DNA of 64,000 nucleotides from a virus (taxonomy: Duplodnaviria; Heunggongvirae; Uroviricota; Caudoviricetes): the IMG/VR virus record IMGVR_UViG_3300009983_000002. The stretch is one strand, 5' to 3'. How positions within the stretch are numbered: the first letter of the stretch is position 1; every line of letters starts with the position of its first letter. Below the pieces are notes generated by a model. It saw only the letters and a program-made list of their open reading frames with translations. It was not told where the DNA came from and made no database searches. Below, piece by piece: positions 46,064-54,987 of the stretch. The position numbers and the translations under genes are program-made.

Positions 46064-46603
46064 TTAAGACGAGAAGCGCATCCGCTGGGATTTCGGCAGC
46101 GTGCCGTCATTGGGGATGAAGGGCTCGACGACGAGTTCGCCGCTGTTCATCAGGGTCACGATGACGTAGGACGAAGAGGGGTTGCCCCGGTCGCTGACGG
46201 CGGTGCGGCACCAGTTGTAGGCCTGCCAGGGATGACCGAAGATGCCGCAGTAGTTGAGCTTGCCGTAGTCGGCGCAGAAGTCGCCGAGGATCACGGCGCT
46301 CGCCGTGACGCCGAAACTGTCATGACCTTCGCGTTCGAAGACGCCGGTCTTCGCGCAATCGCTCAAGTGCTTGCCGACCTGGAGAACGGTGTTCGTGAAT
46401 TCGAACTTGCGGACCACGCCTTCCTTGCGTTCGGTGATGGCCTTTTGTTCGGCCTTCTGGTGAAGTAGTTCGGTCTGGCCCAGCTTCTCCTTCAACTCCG
46501 CGATTTGATCGTGAAGAAGTTCGTTCTTGTGTTCGGCGTAATGCCGCTTGCCTTCCTCTTCTTCGAGAAGAGCCTGAAGATCAGCTTTTGTTTGGCGGGG
46601 CAT
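46064..46603 (-). CDS. hypothetical protein with coiled-coil N-terminus and Cys/His-rich C-terminus
   Basis: 179 aa from Met37 (SD AAGGAAAAG). EGHDSFGVTASAVILGDFCADYG could be a degenerate metallophosphoesterase-like segment. Confidence 0.35.
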   Translation of the reverse strand: MPRQTKADLQALLEEEEGKRHYAEHKNELLHDQIAELKEKLGQTELLHQKAEQKAITERKEGVVRKFEFTNTVLQVGKHLSDCAKTGVFEREGHDSFGVTASAVILGDFCADYGKLNYCGIFGHPWQAYNWCRTAVSDRGNPSSSYVIVTLMNSGELVVEPFIPNDGTLPKSQRMRFSS

Positions 46604-46740
46604 CTTGCTTTTCCTTCTTCTCATAATGAGCGATGGCGTGTTCGTAGCGCCCGGGATACAGGTGGCCGTCAACGTAGACGTGCGAGGACTTTCCGTCCCT
46701 ATACTCTTCAATCCTCACGCCGTCAACGGTCTTGAAGCGA

Positions 46741-46845
46741 TTAAGAGCGGCCACGGTTCCTCCACCACGCGATGATGGCGTCGTCCCAGCGCAGCGCCCA
46801 GCCCGTCACCAGCAACAGGATGATGATCCCCGGAAGCGCGCTCAT
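46741..46845 (-). CDS. tiny TM peptide (34 aa)
   Basis: MSALPGIIILLLVTGWALRWDDAIIAWWRNRGRS; ATGA coupling to upstream gene. Confidence 0.25.
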   Translation of the reverse strand: MSALPGIIILLLVTGWALRWDDAIIAWWRNRGRS

Positions 46846-47192
46846 GGCCGATACCCATACACGTCTGGGACTTTGTAGACGAGTTCGTTGTTGAGTTCAG
46901 TGCGGTCGATCCGCGTCTCCTTCATCCCGCCCTTCTCGTGGTCGGGTTCATGAAGCGTCGCGTAATTGCTGGGCCATGAGGACGCCGACTCTTCGCGTCC
47001 GCAGACTAGGCAGATGCGGCGGGGCGGGTAGTAGCATCCGCCGCCGCGATACGGCTGTTCAGCGACGTGGGGGTGCGTGCATTCCTCTTGGATTTCAGCG
47101 ACGACGTTGGCTTTGCTCTCTTCGGCTTTCTCGATCCGCTTCTGAGCGAGCTTGATCCTGCGGTGAGCGAATTGATGGAGGTCAGCGGGCAT
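46842..47192 (-). CDS. Zn-ribbon protein
   Basis: 116 aa from internal Met. CTHPHV...CYYPPRRICLVCGRE. Confidence 0.4.
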   Translation of the reverse strand: MPADLHQFAHRRIKLAQKRIEKAEESKANVVAEIQEECTHPHVAEQPYRGGGCYYPPRRICLVCGREESASSWPSNYATLHEPDHEKGGMKETRIDRTELNNELVYKVPDVYGYRP

Positions 47193-47565
47193 CGGCGAGG
47201 CTCTTCGTGATCTGATCGGCAATGTGTCGCGCCAAGTCGGCATCGTAGATGTCGTAGGTCTTGTAGTCGAGTTCGTCACGCCCGCGATTGGTGACGAAGC
47301 CTCCGCCGATGACTTCGCTGACTTCGTAGTGCCGAAAGCTGCGGAGTTCGGTGACGCGCCACGCGGAACCCCCGTGTATTTCGACGATGCTCTCATAGCG
47401 CTTGAACCGGCCCTTGGCGCGCTCGCGGCGCTTGTCCATGCGTGCGCGCTCGCGGTTGGCCTTGGGGTCGCCGCCCGGCGGGCCCAAGATGTCGAAGCTC
47501 TTGGCGACGCCGAACACGTCGTCAAAGTCTCCGTGGCGCCAGTTGATGCGATCCCTCACGGCCAA
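47182..47565 (-). CDS. hypothetical protein
   Basis: 127 aa. Confidence 0.4.
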   Translation of the reverse strand: MAVRDRINWRHGDFDDVFGVAKSFDILGPPGGDPKANRERARMDKRRERAKGRFKRYESIVEIHGGSAWRVTELRSFRHYEVSEVIGGGFVTNRGRDELDYKTYDIYDADLARHIADQITKSLADAR

Positions 47566-48101
47566 ACCTCATACCAGAATTTGACAAGCCCGTCCTTCTT
47601 CTCGTCGAAGATCGCGATGATGTCAACCGCACAGTTCTGGCGTTCGATCTTCTTCGAGAGCTTGCGGATGGTTTTGCCCGTCCATATCGCGGTGTCGATG
47701 ACGAGGACGGTGCCGTTGATCCTGTCGAAGTTCTCGGCAGTCGGAGGGATGTAGGGGACGTGTAGAAAGTGCGACGCATATACTGCGGCTACTGCACCGC
47801 TACGTCCAGGACCCGTCACTGCCGCGTATTGTCCGTGTAGGAGCTTCAGCCTATCGGCTAGGGCAGTGCGGAATTCCGTCTCTTCGACGACACGCCACTT
47901 GCGGTTCGGGGTCTCGACGACGCTGGGGATGCCTGGATTTGCACGCATGATCCCTTCCCACGCGCCTGGGGGAAGGATATTTGGGTTCGCATCAGCGCGT
48001 TTCGAACCCTTGCGCCGCTCCGTGCCGCCGCAAGTGCATTCGTGGTCGTATTGATCGACATGCCATTCGCAGTCGATGGTATGATCGGACACATACGTCA
48101 T
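47556..48101 (-). CDS. phosphoribosyltransferase-domain protein
   Basis: 181 aa; GTVLVIDTAIWTGKTIRKL matches the type I PRT PRPP-binding motif (hydrophobic-D-D/T-x-x-x-TG-x-T). N-terminal CxxxH...CTCGG cluster. Confidence 0.5.
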   Translation of the reverse strand: MTYVSDHTIDCEWHVDQYDHECTCGGTERRKGSKRADANPNILPPGAWEGIMRANPGIPSVVETPNRKWRVVEETEFRTALADRLKLLHGQYAAVTGPGRSGAVAAVYASHFLHVPYIPPTAENFDRINGTVLVIDTAIWTGKTIRKLSKKIERQNCAVDIIAIFDEKKDGLVKFWYEVWP

Positions 48102-48643
48102 GAGGTTACGATAGGAGGCTCCCCTCCCTGCTGATACAGCGGCTGTCCGTCTTCAGGAGCGACGGGGAACGGCCATAGCGTGCGGCCATAGGCCTTGGCT
48201 ATCAAGTCGTGCGCCTCTGCTAGCGCGCGATAGCGGCAGCCCACCATGTGATAGTGGGGCTCCGGGCTCTTCGTCGAGCAAGTGCATGAGCCGACGCTGG
48301 CGAGCGTGATCTGCATGAGAACCGCATCGACCTTCTCGATCTCTTCGGCCTTGATTCGCGCTTGAATGGCTTCCAGCCACTCGATGTCTTCGTCGGGATG
48401 ATTACACAGGCGATATTCCTGCGCGACCGCGCCCTGTTCGTGGAGATGGGCGACGATCTCGCCGCGTTGGATGTCGCGCGTCGTGGCGACGGGGATGAAG
48501 ATCACGCGGGCGATCATGATCACCGTGGCGATGACGCCGCAGACGACGGCGATCATCGGCGCGTAGTAGATGCTGTCCTCCAGCACCCGGCCACACGCCA
48601 AAGCCATCTGCATTGTATCGCCGAGTCCCATCAGTATCCCCAA
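48098..48643 (-). CDS. membrane protein with Cys cluster
   Basis: 181 aa; two N-terminal TM helices. CTCSTK...HYHMVGC. Confidence 0.4.
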   Translation of the reverse strand: MGILMGLGDTMQMALACGRVLEDSIYYAPMIAVVCGVIATVIMIARVIFIPVATTRDIQRGEIVAHLHEQGAVAQEYRLCNHPDEDIEWLEAIQARIKAEEIEKVDAVLMQITLASVGSCTCSTKSPEPHYHMVGCRYRALAEAHDLIAKAYGRTLWPFPVAPEDGQPLYQQGGEPPIVTS

Positions 48644-49164
48644 AGCATAAGCGGATTGTCGTTGCGGATGCTTTCAAGATGCGGAGGAAGCACGCGCTTA
48701 TCAAAGCCGTGCGTGATCAAGTGCTCTCCGTTCTTGGTCGCATAGTGATAGCTTGCCGTTCCCGCTGGAAGCAAGCGCATGATCTCCGGCGCTTCGCCGT
48801 TATCGCAATCGAAGAGCCAGAGCTTCGCGCCAGCGGCGCGGCTCGTGGGCTGCATCAATGCGGATTCCCAGCGGCGTTCAAGGCGCTCCCAGAAGAGAGG
48901 GTCGCCGCCGTGATCGGCTTCGACAATCGCCATCTTGAAGTGCTTCGCGGCGGCGTTGAGGTCGCGGGCTTCGGCGCTCCCATAGATGCGTTCGTTCGGT
49001 GCCGCCATGTCGCGGAGTTCGCGGAGCGCACGATCATGTGCTGCGATGTCGTGCGTGATCTTCGTGATCGTCCTTTGCTTTTCGATGCCGTCCTTGTAGC
49101 GCCCCTTCAAGAAAAGGACTCGGGTCCCTTCTTGGAAGGCCGGAGAGTGATTGAGTAAGTTCAC
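48631..49164 (-). CDS. hypothetical protein (GTG start)
   Basis: 177 aa; GTGA coupling with SD GAAGG. Confidence 0.35.
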   Translation of the reverse strand: MNLLNHSPAFQEGTRVLFLKGRYKDGIEKQRTITKITHDIAAHDRALRELRDMAAPNERIYGSAEARDLNAAAKHFKMAIVEADHGGDPLFWERLERRWESALMQPTSRAAGAKLWLFDCDNGEAPEIMRLLPAGTASYHYATKNGEHLITHGFDKRVLPPHLESIRNDNPLMLWGY

Positions 49165-49592
49165 AGAAGCACCTTCAATTCCGAGAGCCACGGCGGCGCA
49201 TCTTCGCGACGGATGGGGCCAATCCCCAGGCACGTCACAGTGGGTTCGGGAAACACGGTGCGGCCCGCATCCTTCACCAGAGAGTGAGGGAGCCCGGCTT
49301 TCTCGCACAGAATCTTCATGGCTTCAAGGTGGTCGGCATTGGGAGCCATGACCGCGATCTTCACGGCGACGCCGCTGTATTTGTATTCCATCGCCGCAGC
49401 GGGATGGCTTTCTTCTGCGGCCCAGAACGTGTGAAGGAATGCGTGGCCCGCCTGGGCCAGCATCTTCCCGCGATTGCCGCCGCAGGCCTTGATGGCTTCC
49501 ATGCTGACAACGGCGTAGAGCCGCAGTTCACTCGCCACAGAAGTAGCTCCGACCTTGCGGTGCTTCTCGATGTTCAGCGTTACACTCGGCAT
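49161..49592 (-). CDS. peptidyl-tRNA hydrolase, PTH2 family-like
   Basis: GGNRGKMLAQAGHAFL parallels the PTH2 GKIAAQCSHA motif. Start at ATG 49592 (SD GGAGAAGG) or alternatively Met at about 49502, which gives the archaeal-size 113-aa form. Confidence 0.5.
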   Translation of the reverse strand: MPSVTLNIEKHRKVGATSVASELRLYAVVSMEAIKACGGNRGKMLAQAGHAFLHTFWAAEESHPAAAMEYKYSGVAVKIAVMAPNADHLEAMKILCEKAGLPHSLVKDAGRTVFPEPTVTCLGIGPIRREDAPPWLSELKVLL

Positions 49593-49722
49593 CGAACCTT
49601 GCCTTCTCCCAGGCACGGAAGTTCTTGGGTTCCGTGTGATCGTAGGGATTGTCTTCAGCGGTGAGCCCGGCGCGGCCATCGGCCTTGCCTTTGCGCTTCG
49701 CGTCTTTCACGCTGTCTGGCAT
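49528..49722 (-). CDS. hypothetical small protein
   Basis: 64 aa, good GC3. Overlaps the long form of the PTH2 gene. Confidence 0.3.
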   Translation of the reverse strand: MPDSVKDAKRKGKADGRAGLTAEDNPYDHTEPKNFRAWEKARFDAECNAEHREAPQGRSYFCGE

Positions 49723-49961
49723 TGCGGTCGTGCTCCCCAGTTGGCGTAGTCGGCGACAAAATGGTCGCGGGCGTCTTCGTCGGTGAACCCGTAGATAACA
49801 TCATTGCTGATGTCTTCGCAATAGAAAACTTCACCGTAGGCATCATGCTTCACCGTCGTCGGGCTCACAAGCCGCGTCAGGAATGCACGATACGGAAATT
49901 TCTTGATGATGGCGTCGAGGGTCGCCGCGTGGCTCAAATCGCGCTGGGTATATTGCTTCAC
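49707..49961 (-). CDS. hypothetical protein
   Basis: 84 aa. Confidence 0.4.
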   Translation of the reverse strand: MKQYTQRDLSHAATLDAIIKKFPYRAFLTRLVSPTTVKHDAYGEVFYCEDISNDVIYGFTDEDARDHFVADYANWGARPQCQTA

Positions 49962-50028
49962 GGTGTCCCTCCTTCTTTCTCGCGTTAGTGCGTTGGGTCC
50001 CGCCGGAGCGGGACCCTTCGCGTTCGTA

Positions 50029-51405
50029 TCAGGCCGACTTGTCGGTCTGGGTGGCCGCCGGAGCGTTGGTGTTCACGCCCAGACGGGCGAGAGCCGCAGC
50101 ACCTGCGTCGGTGTTGGCGAAGCCTTCGAGCAGCGCGCCGAAGGCGAGACCGCCCTTGGAGCCCAGCAAGTCGCCGATGCTCGCGATGCCCGAGGCCGCG
50201 TCGCCGGAGTTGGCGATGACCTTGATGTTCGCGGCTTCGAGCGCGCCAGCGTTCGCGATGCCGACAGCTTGCGCCGCCTTCACTTTCTCGATGCTGACGA
50301 GATAGGCTTGGTATTCCGGCAGAGCCGCGATCTTCTCGGCGAGAGTGATCTGGGCTTCGACCGGCGCCAAGAGCAGCAGACGTTGCGCGTCGGCAGTGGC
50401 GACACCGTTGACCTGGGTCGCTTCGGCCTTGCGCTTTTCTTGTTCCAGCACGCCTTCGGCGGTCAGGATCGTCTTTTGCTTTTCGCCTTCAGCGAAGATG
50501 ATGTCGGTCGCTTTGACCTGATCGGCTTCGACGATGGCGGCGTTCTTCGCGATTTCGGCCTTGCGTTGGGTCTCGACGCCGAGAACATCCATTTCGCGCT
50601 CTTTCGTCACGCGGGCTTGCGCCTGGATTTCTTGCTTCGAGACTTCGTTCGCGATGCCGACCGCTTGCAGTTGTTGAGCTTGGCGCTCGCCGACCGCTTG
50701 CTTCGCTTGTTCGTTGCGAAGATCAACTTCTTGCTTCGCCGCAATTTCTGCGGTTTCGGCAGCCTGCCGGTTCTTCGCGACTTCGAGACGCGATTCCATG
50801 TCGATATGGCTGATCTTCTTCGCCATGATGTTGGCGATGACCTTCGAGCCATCGGCGTCGCGGATGTCCATGAGTTCCAGGTTCTTCACGGGCTCGACGC
50901 CCCAGTTCTGGAGTTCAGTGCGGACTTCGTTGGTGAAGGCATCGCCGAAGGTTGAGCGGTCGCCCATGATCTTCGAGATTTCTTCGTTCGCCAGAATTTT
51001 ACGCACCGCGCCCTGCACGACGGCCTGAAGTTGTTGCTTCAGTTCGTTGAAGTTGGCGACGCGCTTGGCGGCGACGTTGGTGTCGGCGATGCGGAAGAAC
51101 GCGACGAGGTCGAGTTCAAACGGCACGCGATCTTTGTCATACGCTTTGTAAGCGTGCAGCGAAAGATCGAAGTTGTTCACCGGCAGTTCGATGACGGTCA
51201 CGCCGAAGATCGGAATGAACGACGGGATTTTGTAGTAGACGTTGCCATCCGGCATGTTCGCGCCGTATGACGTGGTCTTCCGCGCCGACTGCACGATATG
51301 CACGGTGTTGGTTTCGACGACCACGCGCCACGCGAAGGCGAGGAACAGGCCGACGATGACGAGCAGAGCGAGCACGCCAACAACGATGGGGATCAAGAGG
51401 TCCAT
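50029..51405 (-). CDS. SPFH/Band-7 (flotillin/prohibitin-like) membrane protein
   Basis: 458 aa; N-terminal TM helix, SPFH-like core, then very long Ala/Glu/Gln/Lys-rich coiled-coil (AEIAAKQEVDLRNEQAKQAVGERQAQQLQ...). Confidence 0.7.
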   Translation of the reverse strand: MDLLIPIVVGVLALLVIVGLFLAFAWRVVVETNTVHIVQSARKTTSYGANMPDGNVYYKIPSFIPIFGVTVIELPVNNFDLSLHAYKAYDKDRVPFELDLVAFFRIADTNVAAKRVANFNELKQQLQAVVQGAVRKILANEEISKIMGDRSTFGDAFTNEVRTELQNWGVEPVKNLELMDIRDADGSKVIANIMAKKISHIDMESRLEVAKNRQAAETAEIAAKQEVDLRNEQAKQAVGERQAQQLQAVGIANEVSKQEIQAQARVTKEREMDVLGVETQRKAEIAKNAAIVEADQVKATDIIFAEGEKQKTILTAEGVLEQEKRKAEATQVNGVATADAQRLLLLAPVEAQITLAEKIAALPEYQAYLVSIEKVKAAQAVGIANAGALEAANIKVIANSGDAASGIASIGDLLGSKGGLAFGALLEGFANTDAGAAALARLGVNTNAPAATQTDKSA

Positions 51406-51415
51406 TTATTTCCTT

Positions 51416-51547
51416 TCAGATTGCTTGGATGTCGGAGATGGCGGATCGAATCCGCTCTATGTTGGACGCATGTTCGTCCTCTTTCCCCAGCGCCAGGAGA
51501 AAGAAGTGTAGTAGCCCAAAAGCGACGAGGCCGCCCAGGATTTCCAT
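51416..51547 (-). CDS. tiny TM peptide (43 aa)
   Basis: MEILGGLVAFGLLHFFLLALGKEDEHASNIERIRSAISDIQAI; start overlaps upstream stop. Confidence 0.3.
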   Translation of the reverse strand: MEILGGLVAFGLLHFFLLALGKEDEHASNIERIRSAISDIQAI

Positions 51548-52425
51548 CAAAGCCTCCGCACCTTGTTGTTGAAACGCGATGCAGAGGGATAATGCTTTTC
51601 GAGAACTTTGGCGATGTCGGCCATGACTTCGCGGTCGTTGGCCCCGAAGGTCCCCCGACCATCGACGACGATCTTGATCTCGATGTTGTGTTGTGATGCC
51701 GCATGATAGGGCCGCATCGGGGCCGGGGTGATCATCCGGTCGATGTCCATGCTGATCATGCGCGGGCAAATGGCAACGGGCGTGAAGTGACGAGAGTTCG
51801 GGTCTTCGCACTCTTCTTTCGAAGGCAGCACATATTCGCCCATGTAAAGGGCTTGCCAATCGCGGCGCCCGTGGCGCGGTTCATCGGCGTAGTTGGGCGC
51901 ATCGTGGCGCACGCGCCCCGTCACGCTGCCCATGTGAGCGAGGACGCGGAGTTCGGCATCGCCGAAGTCCATCTTCTCCAGGGCAAACCCGCCTTCGTTG
52001 ACGTAGGCGTCGATGGCCCTAGCGTCTTCGGTATCGGTGATCCCCAGGTGTTCACTGATGGGAAACCAGCGGCGTTCGCCGTCGATCTCGCGGCGGCCCA
52101 TGATCAGAGCCTGTTCTGGAGTGGTCGCGCCGCAGATGTCGCCGAGATAGAAGTTGTGGCCGTCGTCTTCGAGGACGCCCCAGGGGGGCTTCGTGTTGTT
52201 GACCGTGCGAACAAACGCGCCTTGTTTGAGTTGTTTGATCTCGCTGAAGTAGTGGCCGAAGGCGTCCTTGCTGCCATCGGTGCGAACCCGCACCCAGGGA
52301 GAGGCGCCCGTCAAATCGTATTCCATGACCCCGGCAACGGCTTGGCCGTCCACGGTCACGACTTCATAGCCGTTGTCCGTGGCGAGGGCGTCGCCGAAGT
52401 CCTTAACGAGGGGCATGGTGCTCAT
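51547..52425 (-). CDS. hypothetical protein
   Basis: About 293 aa from Met13 (or 304 aa from 52461). Confidence 0.4.
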   Translation of the reverse strand: MSTMPLVKDFGDALATDNGYEVVTVDGQAVAGVMEYDLTGASPWVRVRTDGSKDAFGHYFSEIKQLKQGAFVRTVNNTKPPWGVLEDDGHNFYLGDICGATTPEQALIMGRREIDGERRWFPISEHLGITDTEDARAIDAYVNEGGFALEKMDFGDAELRVLAHMGSVTGRVRHDAPNYADEPRHGRRDWQALYMGEYVLPSKEECEDPNSRHFTPVAICPRMISMDIDRMITPAPMRPYHAASQHNIEIKIVVDGRGTFGANDREVMADIAKVLEKHYPSASRFNNKVRRL

Positions 52426-52457
52426 TCTCTGGCCTTTATCATGACGGTGGTTTACCG

Positions 52458-52556
52458 TCAATTAGAAATCGTGGTTAACCCGCCGCCGAAGAGGGAGACG
52501 AGAATGATGACGAGGGCGGCGACGAAGCACAGCCCAGCGATTGTCCCTTGCTTCAT
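52458..52556 (-). CDS. tiny TM peptide (32 aa)
   Basis: MKQGTIAGLCFVAALVIILVSLFGGGLTTISN; ATGA coupling with upstream gene. Confidence 0.3.
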   Translation of the reverse strand: MKQGTIAGLCFVAALVIILVSLFGGGLTTISN

Positions 52557-52771
52557 GGGAAAAGAATCCTCACGCTGTAGTTGGGAAAGAAATAGGCGTC
52601 GAGCATGATCGCGGTTGCGAATGCCGATGCCCAGAGCACGAGGTAGAATAGGCGCTTCACGCGCCGTCCATCGCCGCGAGCCTGCCGGAGTTTGATCTCC
52701 GCTGCCCACCGCTCTTCCTCCGTCTGGAGTTCAAGCTGTTCGTTGTCTACGAGGGGGTCGTAGTTTTTCAT
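52553..52771 (-). CDS. small membrane protein
   Basis: 72 aa; C-terminal TM helix LFYLVLWASAFATAIMLDAYFF. Confidence 0.4.
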   Translation of the reverse strand: MKNYDPLVDNEQLELQTEEERWAAEIKLRQARGDGRRVKRLFYLVLWASAFATAIMLDAYFFPNYSVRILFP

Positions 52772-53385
52772 GCGGCCTTATTCTTCCTCCGCTGATCTTC
52801 GATGTAAGAGGGGCCGGGGGTGAAACCCGGGTCTACCCACGCGGCCAGCCGCTTGCGTTGTTCGGCAAGGTGGCGCTCACGTTGCTTCTTCTCTTGATCC
52901 AGACGGGCAAGGAAGTCGGCCTTGAAGCTCTCGTAGGTCTTGGTCGCCCAGCCAGCATAGGCCCAGGGAAGGGCGTTGCGGCCCTTCTCATTGATCATCT
53001 CGGTTCGCATGGCGTCGAGATGTTGTTGGTTCTCGACAATCAGGGTCATGGGGATCGTGTGGCGGGTGGCGCGGAATTGTTGGCGCTCTTCCCAAGCGAT
53101 GACGACGTTGGCGTTCGCGTCGTTCGTCACCTGATGGATGCGGGCATAGAGTTCGGTGAGGCGTGTGGAGCAGGCATCGACGTGGGCTTCCAGCACCTTC
53201 TTCGAAACCTCATACGGGAGTTCGCGGGCGCCAAAGCACGATGACGTTTGTTCGCCCCAACCGAAGGGACGCTGATAGCCGTGGTGAGCGATGACCGCGT
53301 TCTTCACGCCGATCTCGCGACCGCAGGCTTGGCAGGTGCCTCTCTTCGTGGCTTCCATAGCCAGAAATTGTTGGCTGTAGGTCAA
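52768..53385 (-). CDS. hypothetical protein (TTG start)
   Basis: 205 aa. CQACGRE...HHGY...C cluster. SD AAAGGAGAG upstream. Confidence 0.4.
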   Translation of the reverse strand: MTYSQQFLAMEATKRGTCQACGREIGVKNAVIAHHGYQRPFGWGEQTSSCFGARELPYEVSKKVLEAHVDACSTRLTELYARIHQVTNDANANVVIAWEERQQFRATRHTIPMTLIVENQQHLDAMRTEMINEKGRNALPWAYAGWATKTYESFKADFLARLDQEKKQRERHLAEQRKRLAAWVDPGFTPGPSYIEDQRRKNKAA

Positions 53386-53533
53386 ACGTCTCTCCTTTCG
53401 ATCTGACGACGCTAGCAGTGTCCTATGCTAATCGCAAGCCACATTCGTAGTTAACACGCATTTTCTTTGGGAACGCCTTTACGTTGAGTGACTTAGAGCT
53501 ACATCCCCATTGGGATTAGAAAAAGGAAATGAG
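53386..53533. promoter_or_regulatory. divergent intergenic region
   Basis: 148-bp non-coding between divergent starts (minus 53385, plus 53534), lower GC. Both flanking genes have strong AGGAG-type SDs. Confidence 0.35.
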
Positions 53534-53767
53534 ATGCAACACCATGTCCCCGAGAAAGATGGAGACGGCGTTAAGTTGGTGCCGATCTCTGAAGTCATTC
53601 GTCGCGCTCGCGGGTATCGCGATGACTCTCCGATGTTGGGCGGCCCTATCTCTGTTCTCGATCAGCGCGAGAAAACATGGAAGGAGCAACTGGCGAAGGT
53701 CAAGCAAAGGTTCGCAGAGGACGCGGAACGTGAGCGGCTTCAGCGCCTGATCGACGACGCCGCTTAA
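53534..53767 (+). CDS. hypothetical small protein
   Basis: 77 aa from internal ATG with SD AAGGAAATGAG. Lone plus-strand gene inside minus block. Confidence 0.35.
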   Translation: MQHHVPEKDGDGVKLVPISEVIRRARGYRDDSPMLGGPISVLDQREKTWKEQLAKVKQRFAEDAERERLQRLIDDAA

Positions 53768-54003
53768 TTCCAATCGGGGTAGAGAACGATACCCTGACCG
53801 TCTTTCAATACTTCTGCGGCGGCGAGGTCGGCGCCCAGCGCGGCTTCGAGGGCTTCAAAGATCGCGGCCTTCGTCGCCCGGCCCTCGATCATGCCCAAAG
53901 CCACACAGACGCGGAGATGTCGCGCTTCTTCGACATCGGTGTCGTAGCTGGTCACGGTGCTCCACACGCGGACAACGAGGTCGTCGATTTCGACCCGCGT
54001 CAT
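53764..54003 (-). CDS. hypothetical protein
   Basis: 79 aa from Met42. Confidence 0.35.
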   Translation of the reverse strand: MTRVEIDDLVVRVWSTVTSYDTDVEEARHLRVCVALGMIEGRATKAAIFEALEAALGADLAAAEVLKDGQGIVLYPDWN

Positions 54004-54019
54004 GACTTCGATGACGCGA

Positions 54020-54154
54020 TTAGCGGATGATGGAGAAGACATAGTCGGGCCCCAGTTGGCGGATGATCTCGACGCACTGCATCGAATAGTAATACGGTGG
54101 CGCAAGTGCGTTGGGTTCTTCCCCACGCTTGTGGATGACGTAGTAGGGGATCAT
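54020..54154 (-). CDS. tiny protein (44 aa)
   Basis: MIPYYVIHKRGEEPNALAPPYYYSMQCVEIIRQLGPDYVFSIIR; ATGA coupling. Confidence 0.25.
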   Translation of the reverse strand: MIPYYVIHKRGEEPNALAPPYYYSMQCVEIIRQLGPDYVFSIIR

Positions 54155-54411
54155 GCGAACCTCCGGGCCATGAGTTGACGAACGGTGAGAAAGCGCGTCC
54201 AATAGGGCTCGCTTTGATCAGTGAGCCAGCAGCGTTGGCCTTGATCATTGATCTCGTAGATGCCGATTTCTCGGCGTGTGGTGAAGGCCTCGCCGACGCT
54301 CAAGCCGTAGGCGCGGAGCCTCGCGTATTTCTCGTTCCCAGTCGGGGGTTCGCCGGGGACATCGACGTAGACGCCGTCTTCGAGGCGAACGATTTGGTAT
54401 CTGTCGGCCAT
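54151..54411 (-). CDS. hypothetical protein
   Basis: 86 aa from Met36. Confidence 0.35.
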   Translation of the reverse strand: MADRYQIVRLEDGVYVDVPGEPPTGNEKYARLRAYGLSVGEAFTTRREIGIYEINDQGQRCWLTDQSEPYWTRFLTVRQLMARRFA

Positions 54412-54668
54412 CACACTTCCTCCACGTTGATATTGTGCTCTTCGTAGTTCGCGAATTCGTCCTTGGTCGCGCCCATCCCCAGATAGGTGTCGAGAGGGAT
54501 TTGGCTGTAGCTCCACTCGCGTTCCTTGCGTTGCTTCGCTGTCCGCGAGCGTGCGTCCCTGACCGCGAATTGCATCGCCTTCTGTTTGCTTGAGGCAACG
54601 GCGACGACATCCACGTCAGTGGACTCGAATTCGTAGTGGGTGCAGAAAACGACGTAGAGTAACATCAC
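54411..54668 (-). CDS. hypothetical protein
   Basis: 85 aa. Confidence 0.35.
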   Translation of the reverse strand: MMLLYVVFCTHYEFESTDVDVVAVASSKQKAMQFAVRDARSRTAKQRKEREWSYSQIPLDTYLGMGATKDEFANYEEHNINVEEV

Positions 54669-54895
54669 GCCCTCTCAAAATCTTTGGTGGACCCACGGCC
54701 CCAGATAACCGGGCCGTATCCGTTTTCCGTGACTTCGCGGACGACGACGCCGATGAACCCATCGCTGCGGGAGAGGACGCGGGCTAGGGTCTCGGCCTCC
54801 GCGTAATTCGTGAGCCGGAATTCAACGTCTTCGAACCCCAAGGCCTGCCCGCCGGGCAACCTGCGGATGGTAACGGCGTGGCGGTGATAACTCAC
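54665..54895 (-). CDS. hypothetical protein (GTG start)
   Basis: 76 aa; GTGA coupling to the tiny TM peptide upstream. Confidence 0.3.
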   Translation of the reverse strand: MSYHRHAVTIRRLPGGQALGFEDVEFRLTNYAEAETLARVLSRSDGFIGVVVREVTENGYGPVIWGRGSTKDFERA

Positions 54896-54987
54896 AGGAG
54901 TGCTCCTAAAACGAGGATCAAGAGAATGAGGTCGGCAATCGCGAAGAGCGCGAGTAGCCGCCAGCCGGGGGTCCATTCGATTTTCAT
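54892..54987 (-). CDS. tiny TM peptide (31 aa)
   Basis: MKIEWTPGWRLLALFAIADLILLILVLGALL. Preceded by another 24-aa hydrophobic ORF (MRTIYVMGLFDIAFIEALILWNLA, about 54985-55058) with ATGA coupling. Confidence 0.3.
   Translation of the reverse strand: MKIEWTPGWRLLALFAIADLILLILVLGALL

Noticed and set aside
49903-50955. 350-aa plus-strand ORF
   Set aside because: Antisense of the SPFH gene.
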